Shown here one piece after another: positions 26,946 through 39,300 of a stretch of 64,000 nt of DNA. The stretch is from Eledone cirrhosa (Eukaryota), in assembly GCA_964016885.1 (NCBI GenBank), contig OZ024753.1, positions 41,726,001 through 41,790,000 on the forward strand. The letters run 5' to 3'. Under the pieces are notes generated by a model, which ran no database searches, was not told where the DNA came from, and saw nothing but the letters and a program-made list of their open reading frames with translations. Numbering within the stretch: position 1 is the first letter of the stretch; every line of letters starts with the position of its first letter. The position numbers and the translations under genes were made by a program.

Positions 26946-27625
26946 TCAAACCTTGGCATATATACTTAGTCCTTGGACAAATTCATCTACTTTTATTTTG
27001 AACAGTTCGCTGGTAATTGGTTTGTTCAGTGGACATAACGGGTTCTTTACAACATATTCTACATACAGCTGAAATAAAACATTGAAAAAATATTTACTAT
27101 AAGTGTAATGACTAGATAACATTATATTTTTATAAATGTAGAATTATGATTTACCATATATACTTAAATATAAGCCACCCACCACCCCTATTTTATGTCT
27201 GAGAAATAGGCAAAAATCCAAACCCCTATTTATAAGCCGAGGCAGCTAATCAACACATTATGTTTGGAAATTCTCACAAGTAGAGAAAATATTTATGAAG
27301 CTTTAATATTTTGATATTTAAAATGTTTTTAAGTGTCGTTTTTTAGTATAGTTTTTGTTTCACAATTCCATTACATGATGATTTTTTACCAATTTCCGAC
27401 TGTTTTCAAGAATATCAAAAACAATAGGAAATACGAATTTCACATCAAATGTGAAACTGATGTAATATTTTAACACCTCATTTACATAGAATTTTAAAGT
27501 TGGTGTGGCCTCATATAAACCACTATGGTTTCAGTCAATTAAGGTTGATACCAGTGCACATTGGAACATAGGTAAATTACACAAATATAGAGTGTGCAAG
27601 AGCTTAACCATAGGAGAGAATAGGA

Positions 27626-27665
<40 letters not shown>

Positions 27666-30428
27666 TTTTCCAAATGTATTCACAGCTTTGTGTAATGGAA
27701 TGAATGAAAACTTACCGAACTGTAGATTTGATGTAGAATGTCTCGGATGTTTCCAACATTTAGATCAGTCAACATAATTACTTTGATGCCACTTGGTGTC
27801 TCGTAGAAATGAAGTTTATAAACATTGGTCTTAAAATTGAGGAAACCATCTTTCCTGGGTTTCTAGATTAAGGAAAATAAACACAAATGGAAAGATTACT
27901 CTTTCTTTCCATACTCAAAAATAATGAGTCATTTTTGCCGATCACTGTCTTAACGATGAGTTTTCTTATTTTTATATGTATTCAAATACACTCAAGCTTC
28001 ATCTCAGTCAGAGACAACATGGTTTTTTTCATTTAATATCAATAATTGTTTCTACTTTAGGCACAAGACCAGCAATTTGGGGGGAAGGAAAATCAATTAA
28101 ATCAACCCGTGTGTGTTACTGGTACTTTATTTTATTGACCCCCGCCCCTCATAAGGATGAACAGCAAAGCTAACCTCGGTGGGATTTGAACTCAGACCGT
28201 AAAGGGCCTTAACTCTATGCCGCGAAGCATGTTGACTGATGCTCTACCGATTACTGACAATCCACCACAATATTAATAATAAGCTGACATGGCTGTATAG
28301 TTAAGGAGATGGCTTGGAAACCGAATGAACTGCTGGTCTTGTCCCTAAATTACAACTCAATACATGGTATGGAATATTAAACCAACTTCGCCCTTTCCCT
28401 TATTTGCTGGTCTTGTCCCTAAATTACAACTCAATACATGTGAAATATTGTCAAAGGATACATATCTGAGGGCGATATCCTGTGAATGAAAGACTTTATG
28501 GAAAACATCATCCCAAACATAAGTTTGTACTCCTGCAAAAGAAATATTTTGTAAAGTTAATATAAGAATACTGATAGCAATACAGAAATAGTTTATAAAT
28601 ATCTAAGACAATCAACACACAACACACAACGTCTGCTACTTCGGCAGGGATTTCCATTCCATCTTCTAAGTATTTTTCTTACAATGAAATCTACTTGTTT
28701 CCCTGCTAATATGGTTGTTAACCTGTTTTTTTAAAAAAACCTTTCCATCATAATTTTATGTAAGAACTTTTGGTAAATTTTTTACCATTGCTTTTTCTTC
28801 TACAAAATTGGGAGGAGTGCATCCTGGCTGTAGGACCCCCTTGAGGTGGAGAGGCTGGTGAAGCGGGTATCACTGGCTGTTCTCTGCAGCAATGCTTTCA
28901 CCAATTTTGTCCACAGAACTCTGCTGAGATATACCACCTAGCCAGGGGTGTAGAGTCTACCACTCGCTCCTCATTCCTCTTACTTTCATTTTTTTAATAT
29001 ATATATAAACTATATAATTTGATTAAAATTTGTTGATTAAAGTACATCTCTTTAATATATAAATAAATTTGTTATAATAGTTTTAAAACAGAATACGAAA
29101 CTAAAGCAATGTTATCTGTTCGTCTTTGTAATCGTGGGGAATTTATTTTCATTTTTAACGTACCAATATTGAAATAGAGCCTAATAATACAGCTTACAAT
29201 CACAACGTGTTATAATAAATAATAATGAAATTATTGTGTACAGTGCTCAGGTGCACTACAACTCATCAAAGGTGTATGTATAGTACATAGAATAGTGTAC
29301 AAATGGTTTCGATGAATTATAGTTTAAAATGAAAATATTAAATGTTACCACCGTAATTACTCAGTAACAAAAGTATTATTTTATATACTTTTGATGTTTT
29401 TTTACGGTAAAATAGGGATTAACCATGAACTATGGAGCTGTTTTGGAATTAATATTCAATTCTAAATTAAATCCTAAAAGAGTTTACCTGTTTAGTTTTA
29501 AGAACTAAAACTGTATTCAGTGTCTTATTAAAAAAAAAAAAAATTATGATTGTTCGTTCAAATTACCGTACATGGAACAAGACGAAATAACCTCTCCTAG
29601 TCGCTCGATTTGCTAGAATTAGTAGCGAAACTACTTCAAATCACACCCTACTGTCTTAAATGAGAGAAAACACTTTATATAATGTATTCCTATTTACGTC
29701 TTAAAAGACTGGATGTTGTTTAATCATACATCTATTCCATCAAAGTTTAATCAGAAGCTGGACAACAACAACGATATATTTGTACGTATTTATTATCCAC
29801 TACAGAGTTTTTCTTCCTAAATACAAAGCCCACCGGTTCTAATTCTAAAATATTCCCTCTTTTATCTAGTTTATTATAAAAGACAGTTAAATGCAACCAA
29901 CATATGAGGAAAACGGAATTCACTCCGCACTTGTATATAGTGGGTTGTGTAGTGTGTGATTCAGGGCAAGGTAAGAAGAGTAAGCTATAGAGAGCTGAGA
30001 GGAAGAAGCTAGAATGTATTAAAATACAATAAACGAGTTGAAACTTATTTACAAACGATATACGTCATGTGTTTTATTGTTCGTTTAGTTGAAGGTAGGG
30101 CTAAAAAGAGGTGTGAAAGTTAATGCTAGAATTAATTTTAATTGTATATTTTCGTCTGTTATATTTATAAAGTTCTATGAATTCTATTTTTATGAGAAAC
30201 ATCGTGATTATAATATTTTACTAATGAACCCTTATTATACAACGAAATATAAAACACATACACACAATTACAGGTTGGTCTTGGTTGAACCATTTTAAAC
30301 TATTCTCAGTTAAAAGCTATTTTATTTACCTCTTCTTTACTCATGCCAGGGTGTTTTCTACGATTCCATTCCGAATAATACAAACACGTTCCAAATTTGT
30401 CAAAAATATATAAATTATAGACAGGCAT
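26946..30428 (-). CDS. TRAPPC1: Trafficking protein particle complex subunit 1 (BET5), 4 coding exons, 143 aa
   Basis: Minus-strand exons 30428-30330, 28532-28462, 27854-27716, 27068-26946 (432 nt, in frame). Protein MPVYNLYIFDKFGTCLYYSEWNRRKHPGMSKEEEYKLMFGMMFSIKSFIHRISPSDMKDGFLNFKTNVYKLHFYETPSGIKVIMLTDLNVGNIRDILHQIYSSLYVEYVVKNPLCPLNKPITSELFKIKVDEFVQGLSIYAKV aligns end to end with remembered TRAPPC1. Absent from the ORF track because the exons are short. Confidence 0.96.
27855..28461 (-). other. U12-type (minor spliceosome) GT-AG intron of TRAPPC1
   Basis: 5' splice site GTATCCTTT (28461-28453); branch-site-like TTTTCCTTAAT (27877-27867) just upstream of the CAG acceptor; no polypyrimidine tract; phase 2; splicing restores SPSDM|KDGF. 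Confidence 0.9.
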
Positions 30429-32059
30429 CTTGATTAAAGTGTTTTTCTATGTAACAACGTTGCCTCCCATCTATATTACGGTGTACAACTACAGATAGTC
30501 CCCCTTTAATAAATTTCCATACTTAAAATTATGTCTAATAAAATTGTTGTTTAACATTTGTTGATTTAAAACCCTTAAACTTCATAACAAATACATAAAT
30601 TTTATTCATTTGTTTTATATCATTATATTATATTACTATTCGTGATATATTTTATGACAAAATCTAACTCCTTCGGACAAAATAACAAACAGACTAAAAC
30701 GTGATTTGTTATCTTAGTTACGACACTTTACAAACTACACAAGTTTTTTTTTATACTCCGGGGTAAGTTACAACTCTTTGTGGCAATATTTCTAATTAAT
30801 ACACTCTATTTTGGTTAATTAATGAAGAATTTTGACGAGTTTACTAAAAATTATTAATTATTTCATTACTAAAATGTTGGAAGATATAAAATTAGATAGG
30901 AACTTCTTTAAAAATTGGTAGTTTTGTTTTCATAGAACCAGAAATGGATTTTTATTTTACATTTTAAAAATACACTTACAAGTAATTGAAAAGAGAAGGA
31001 AAGGAAAGAAGAAATTGATTAATAACGAAAGGGTTGTCTATTTCATTTATAATTGATTCTATATTTTTATGTGAAATATTTACGTAATTAAATATTTGTG
31101 TGTATTTTCATTCTGTAAATACGAAATCAAATTAGGAATAGAAATAAAACTTTTATGTTCATAAAAATAAAATGTTTACAATCATTATCTATTTTCATAA
31201 TTTTAGGCTATATTTATTTATTTTTCTATTGTTATTTAACTACTAATACTAATTATTCAAACTAACCTAAAGTTTAAAGAAATTTAGTCGCGTCGTGTAG
31301 AATTAAATTTGTGTTGATTGAATCTAATTTATTTAATAACAGTGATATTATTTGTTAACTATATTAATTTACAATTGGAATATTTAAAAAACCTAACAAC
31401 AGTAATAAAAACAATTGGCAGTTGTTTATTAAAATGTAGTTAGGAGATAAAGGTTTGTTTGGCTGTATCTAAGTACCAAGATTTACCCTCAATCAATACA
31501 TTGGGCGCCTAAATCTCGGTTCGTTGTATCCCTGACTACATATGTTTGGACTGTACACACACCACACCATACCACAGGGCTCTACTTCAATGAGGTATGA
31601 ATTTAGGTTCAAATATTCTCACCATTAACATAAATAACATTTCTCCCCCATTAAATAAGGATTAAATCGTATTCAAGCACAAACGTGTGTATCTGTCTGC
31701 CTGGCCGAAATATATATAGAGAGAGAAGCATACCACTTTTCACTATAGGAATATAGACAAAAATTCCAGAACAAAATCCCAACTAAAAATTTCTTAGCAA
31801 ACCCGAGCGGGTGTTTTTCTATAAATTTACCATTATTTCTTATGTTCTTCAATTTTGTACCTTTGTTGTTGAATTATTTACTGTTTACCTCGTAAAGAAG
31901 TTTCTATGCAGTCTGCTCTACCTGCGAGAAATTGCAGTGAAATATCCCTTAAAACTACAGTCCCTATCTCGAAGAACAACAGCTTGCATTAAGCTAACAT
32001 ACTTTCAAAATCTATGTATATATATTAAACAATGTACATAAGCCGAATATATGTATATA

Positions 32060-32270
32060 GAAGTACATATAAGCGCTGAGAATATATGTATATATAAGTG
32101 CTGAGAATATATGTATATGTAAGTACACATAAGCGCTGAGAATATATATATATATGTAAGTACATATAAGCGCTGAGAATATATATATATATGTAAGTAC
32201 ATATAAGCGCTGAGAATATATATATATATGTAAGTACATATAAGCGCTGAGAATATATATATATATATAT
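32060..32270. repeat. About 35-bp tandem repeat AAGTACATATAAGCGCTGAGAA(TA)n
   Basis: About 6 units, plus one separated unit at 32500-32525. Confidence 0.85.
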
Positions 32271-33020
32271 GTGAGAAAAACCACAGACCCTCCATCTCAA
32301 CTCTACTTTTGAAAAGCAGAAGAACTGCGAAACCGGTAAAGGAACCAAATAAATATATATATATTTTTAAAAATAAGACTCCAGTTGCATTTTCGATTTC
32401 ATCTTTTTTTCTTTATACTTTCACTCGTGTAGGACACCTCGGTTATTTTTCATTTTGTAAAAAAAAACCTCACTTTCTAATATATATATATATATATATA
32501 AGTACATATAAGCGCTGAGAATATAAGTATAAAGCACGGTGTGATCATGTGTATAGAGGCTATAAATAGCTTATAAAATAGAGTGAAGACTCTTAAAAAA
32601 ACGGAAAAAGAAGTTGCCATTCGCCTTCTTTTTCCATCTTTTAAAGGTTTTCACCGTATTTTATAGCATCTATGCACTTGAGCACATCATTGGCCTGCCT
32701 GGGAGACTAGTGGCTCTGCTTCAATAGTAACTTGGTCTATATAGACCCATCTAACCCTTACTAGCAGGGAAAGGGATGTTAAAACGACGATGGTGTGTGT
32801 GTGTGTGTGTATATCAGGATGGATTCAGTTTGAAACTGGTTAGACCATTACTCAAGAGTACTCAATACTTGGGGTAGTAGAGTATGGTTATATTATATAG
32901 AGTTGGGACCCCGACGGTTGAGCTCTTGCCATTTCAACAACTAGTTCCAGACAACTGATTCAGTCTGGAACTAGCTGTTGAAATGGCAAGAGCTTAGCCA
33001 TTGGGGTCCCGATGCTTTAT

Positions 33021-33076
<56 letters not shown>

Positions 33077-33395
33077 TCATCATCATCATTTTACGTCCGC
33101 TTTTCCCTACTTGCAAGGGTAGGATGGGTCCTATTCAGCACAACATCTCTCCACTTGTCACGGTCCTTTGTCATCTCCTCCGTGAGCTTCAGCAATCTGA
33201 GGTCTGCTCTCACCACCTCCGCCCATGTTTTTCATGGTCTTCCTCTACTGCATCTTCCTTCTACTTATATATATATATATATATAATTACTGAAAAAAGA
33301 TGTTTTATTTTCCATTTTAAATATTTACAGTGATGTAACTTCAAGAATATATTTACCAGAAAGACTCTACGTGGTTTCCATTCTAATTTTATAGA

Positions 33396-36300
33396 ATGGA
33401 TAAGAAAAGAAACCGAAACAAATCTGTTAAAAAGTCTAGAAGTATTTCTGACAAAAGAACCCCTTATATTCAACCAACACTCAATGGCAGTCCGGGATTT
33501 AAAACCAGTGAAGAGGAAAGTGAAATACATTTCTCTCCAGTTAAAAAATTAGAATTCTCTTCTTCAGTTGATGATGCCAAACAACTGGATTTTAGAAATT
33601 CTCCTGTTTTACAAGAACATGACTTAATTTCTTTTGAAAATGATAATGAATTGGAGATTGGCAGGGTTAAAGAATGTAATTGCAACAGGGACAAAGAAAC
33701 TATTCCCACAACAAATGGCCTCCCTAATTCTACTGTTGCCCCTCATCTGAATAACAGCCCCAGTTATGTGATAGCAAGGACTCACTATTTGAGCTCATCT
33801 AATTCATTCAGTGACAACCTAAACTGTGATGATGATGGCGATGGTGATGATAATCAACAGTTTTCACATACACCAAGTCGAGACGATGAAGATGAGGAAT
33901 CAAGTCCATCACATCAGGCATTAAGAAAAACAAATGAGGAAACTTTTAAAAATTGCAATTCAAAATCCTGTGGTTTAATCCCAAAAGCCAACAGTTTGTC
34001 TGTTAACAGTGAAAAAGATATATTAAACCCCGGACCTCTTAATACTGATTCAACTTTTCAGGAGCAGAGTTATCCGACAGATGAGAAAAATAAATTGAAT
34101 GATAAACAACTTCAGCCAATCACTTCATCTGGAGTTTTATCTAATCAATCTTTTGTTCAGACAAATGATTCAGATAAAGTGGAATCTATAATTTCTGCTC
34201 AGTCCCTTGTTCAAAATGTTCCCTGTGGGTTTGACAGAAAAGATGACATACATTCTAAACCTCATGTAATTCAATCAAAGTCCGACATGCAACAGTCAAT
34301 GTCTGACGAGAGTCAGTTAATAATGTCAAATACTTCCTCTTCAAATGAGACTCAAACATGCGAGTCTTTGAATAATTTATTAACTGTTGAAGCAGATCAG
34401 ATTAAAACTAAATGTTTGCCAAATAACTGCAAAGAAGACAAAAAAGGTCAACAACTTGACCACGGGCCAGGAGATGCAGTCCAGGAAATTGAGTTACTGA
34501 GAGGACAGTTGCACTCAGTTATGCATTTATCATTCAAATCAAAAATTGGTAAGTATATATTATCATCATCATCATCATTTAACGTCTATCTTTCACACTA
34601 GCATGGGTTAGACAGGAATTGTCCCACTTGAGGCAAGATTGGTCGGGTGACCGTGTCTCACTCGTATAGGACTATCTGGCAGGTTTTCTACGGCTGGATG
34701 CCCTTCCTAACACTAACCACATTTACAGTGTGGAACTGGGAACTTTTTACCGTGTTACCTGCACGGCCACATTACAGCGTGGACCGTGTGTTCTTTTTTG
34801 TCGTGACACCTACACAATCTCATTAGTTTCGACTGGATGCTGTGGTACCAACATAACTTTATAGAGAAAGGGTGGTGTTGGCGGGAGTGGGAGGATGGTA
34901 GGGGGTTGGGTGTGTTTGGTTTGGAAGGGCCTACTGACTGTAGGTTAACTATGTATATGTATATATACCATGTTCCTCCTATTATAAGATCTAGCAGGAT
35001 TTTTATGTTGCTGTCCAATATAAGCCCTACCCCCAAAAATAAACCCTAGGATTCTTATGTTGTTGTCCAAAATATGCCCTACTCACAAAAATAATCTCTA
35101 GCACATTTTTGCAAGAAAAAATATAAAACTCAGGTTTGCAGAGTCTTACTGATTACTAATATAATAATTTATTTTAATGATAGTTTTGAACTCTATAACA
35201 TATATCTGTAAAACACCCCAAAAAACTTCTTATGAGATATTAGTTGGGGCCAACTAAATCTGCTTGGGTGGGGGCAGTACATTTTCATTTGTGTCTTGTT
35301 TTTTTTTTTGTTTCATTTCTATCAGACAAAAAGTAAAAAAGAGAGTGGTTTGTTTGTTTGTTTAACCCTTTAGCATTTAAACCAGCTATATCCGGGCCAG
35401 AATTCAAGCATACTGATATTAAGGTATTGTTCTCAAAATAAATAATATCAAAATCTCATAGATTTGATATTATGTGAGATAAAGTGTTTACCATGAAAAT
35501 ACAATAATAAATATAATGTAAATGCTAAAGGGTTAATTAAAATATAAAATATATTTGTGACGTTAATTTTGAGTTTTTCTGTTATTTTCCAGACACAACT
35601 TTGTTTGATTATAGTCAGAGTGACAATGACTTTGATCTTCACGCAATTCCTTTACATTCTACTCTCACAGATGTTTCTTCACTTTCTAATGAGGCAACTG
35701 ATGCTATCAGGTAAATAATATACATACATTTATATATAACATATATACATATATAACATATCATATGTTATATATAACATATATGTTATATATAGCATAT
35801 ATACATATTTAACATATAAGACACAGTAGAGGAAGACCACGAAAAACGTGGGCGGAGGTGGTGAGAGCAGACTTCAGATCGCTGAAACTCACGGAGGAGA
35901 TGACAAAGGACCGTGACAAGTGGAGAGATGCTGTGCTGAATGGGACCCATCCCACCCTTGCAAGCAGGGAAAAGCAGACGTATGATGATGATGATGATAC
36001 TGTATTTCCCAGTGCCGAAGATGCTTCATCCTGAAGGACACGCCCTAATTTTGACAATCAAAAATTTGAAAAAAAATAATAAACAACCTTCGGCCTCCGG
36101 GACGCACGGTAGATTTTTTAGACTTATTTTAGGAAAAAAGTAGCGTCTTCGACACCGGGAAATACGGTGAGTGTATATATAACATAAGTTTATAAGTTTT
36201 TATATATGACATATCATTTATAAGCCATAGTAGAGGTTGACCAAGAAAGACCTGGGCAGAGGTGGTGAGAGCTGACCTTAAATCACTGAGACTCACATGT

Positions 36301-39300
36301 GAAGCATTCTGAGTTCAATTCCACTTCCTTTTGTTTGGAGTTTCAACTGACAGATAGTATCAGCAATGGAAACATAATTTCCTTGATCTAATCTGCCAAG
36401 AGTTACAACTAACAGATAATATCCGCAATGGAAACACTGTCTCCTTGGTCCAATCTGAAGAATGGTTCCTTTCCTTTTTTTTATAATATATGTTGTTTTT
36501 GTTTTTATTTTCTCAAAGCTGGACAATGGGTGTAGCTCATAATTCAGATGACCCAGTCAACAGACTACATAATCAACCAACCAGTTCTTTATCTATGAAC
36601 AAGTCCCAAAAGCTGTTTTCAGAATTGCCACCTCAGCAGATCCCTATTGTCAACCAGTCACAGTACTCTATTTATTTAGATAACATCAAATTAAAGGAAG
36701 AATTTGAAAAAGAGAGATTTCGTAGAAAGGTATAGCATTTATTTTTTATTTATCTCTCCCATCACTGCTTTCCCAGCCTGGCCAAAGATGTCACAATGTA
36801 ACCTCATTCTTTTTAAAGCCTTCTCTCTCATCCCCTTCCTTGGCAGGCAATCTCTCTCTCATCCCCTTCCTTGGCAGGCAATCTCTCTCTCTCTCTCTCA
36901 TCCCCTTCCCTGGCAGGCCACTTTTCTCTCTCTCTCATCCCCTTCCCTGGCAGGCCACCAATCTCTCTCACTCCCTTCATTGATAAGCAGCCTGCTGCTC
37001 TCACCAATACTTGAATGTATTGTATATAAGTTCATATATGCTTTTATTGTGAATCACGTGTTAGTGTTATCACTAATATATACATTGTTCTTTTATTTGT
37101 AGCATTGTGAAAAATATATTGAACAGTTGAATGCTAAGGTGAGAATGTCGACTTTTATCTCGTAACTTATCCATTTCAAATCATAATATATTTATTTCAA
37201 ATTATAATGTATCAATTTCAAATTACAATATATTTATTTCAAATTATAATACATTTATTTCAAATTACAATATATTTATTTCAAATTATAATACATTTAT
37301 TTCAAATTATAATTTATCAATTTCAAATTACAATACATTTATTTCAAATTACAATATATTTATTTCAAATTATAATATATTTATTTCAAATTACAATACA
37401 TTTATTTCAAATTACAATACATTTATTTCAAATTACAATATATTTATTTCAAATTACAATACATTTATTTCAAATTATATATTTCAGATATTAGATGTTC
37501 AAGAACAGTTGGCTGTGGCTGTGTCAGCAAACTCTAAAAAAGAGTTTCTGATGGAAAATCTAGATAAAGTAAGTAGAAATTTAAAACACTAACAAAACAT
37601 TGTTTTACGGGTTTCAGTCATAAGACTGTGGCCATGCTGGGGCACTGTATTGTATACATATTCTATGATTTAAAAAATTCTTTTTTTTTTTCTAGCAACT
37701 TGAAAAAATTATAGAAAACTGGAAAAAGCAGGATTTAGAGAAGAATCAGATGATTCGGGAGTTTCAGAGAGAAAAGAATATCCAATCACAGATTATTGAT
37801 GATCATAGAAAGGTACATAATACATACACATCATATATATATATATATATATACATACATATATAATACATAAATGCACACCATATATATATATATATAT
37901 ATATACACATACATACGTAATACATACATACATACACATTATATATATATCATCATCATCATCACCGTTTTACGTCCGTTCTTCCATGCTAGCATGGATA
38001 TATATATATATATACCATATATATATACATACACACCATATATATATACACTCCATATATATATACATACACAACCATATACATACATACATACACATCA
38101 TATATATATATATACATACATACACACCATATTATATACATGACAACACTTCCAACCCCAATCCAACATTCCTCGCTAAATGTTTTACTCTTGTTATTTT
38201 AAATTATCAAGGTTTCCAACTTCTTTCCAGTTGACTGCAGTTCTACAAACAGACTTCAATCTACTTGTTGAAGAACTCAATACAGAAAAAGAAAAATGTT
38301 TGCAATTAAATCAGAAAGTAAGAAATATTGCTAGTTTTTTTTAAATTATAGATTTTTCCCTTGTATTAACTTGGGTTGGGCTGTATAAATAAATACAGTG
38401 AAGGAGAACCAGATAAGATGTGTCACATGAAGTCAGATTAGCAAGACATCAAAAAAAAAAAGGCTTTAAAAAAAAACACCCAGTCCATGCTGTAATGTGG
38501 CCGTGTAGGTAACACGGTAAAAAGTTCCCAGTCCACACTGTAAATGTGATTGGTGTTAGGAAGGGCATCCAGCCGTAGAAAACCTGCCAGATAGTCCAAT
38601 CAATCTTGCCTCAAGTGGGACAATTCCTGTCTAACCCATGCTAGCGTGGAAGATAGAAGATAGACATTAAACGATGATGACGATGATCATATTATCATTT
38701 AACATCCATTTTCCACGCTAGCATGGGTTAGACGAGCTGTCCCATTCTGAGACAAGCCAGGTCGGAGGACTGATTTTGGCTTAGTTTCTACGGCTGGATG
38801 CCCTCCCTAACGCCAACCACATTTACAGTGTGTACTGGGTGCTTTGACAGAGAAAATGGTCTTAAATGCTCCTTGTGTTAATTATTATATCTCTTCTTAT
38901 AGTTGGAGGAAATGGAACTGAAGAAATGTTCTCTTGAAAAAGAATTAAATAAGGAGAGAGAGCAACATCATGACAAACTTAAAGAAGTTGAAAACAAGAA
39001 CAAACAGTTAGAATCAAAAGAAGCTACGCTGTCTGGTTTGACAGCAAAGTTACGGCAGGTCAGTTAAAGTTTAACCATTTTGTTACCAACCTGGCCAAAA
39101 ACCAGCTCTGGTTCTATGAAATAAAGCCACCCATTTTAAAGGTTTCCAATTTAAATTAGAATCTTCCAACATAATTTTCTGTAAGGAATAGAAGCAGTGA
39201 TGAATGTTGCAAAGAGAATTGGGGTGAGGTGTTGGGGAAGGATGAAGGTAACTAGGTGAGAGGAATAGAACCAGTGATGAATGTTGTGAAGAGAAAGGGA

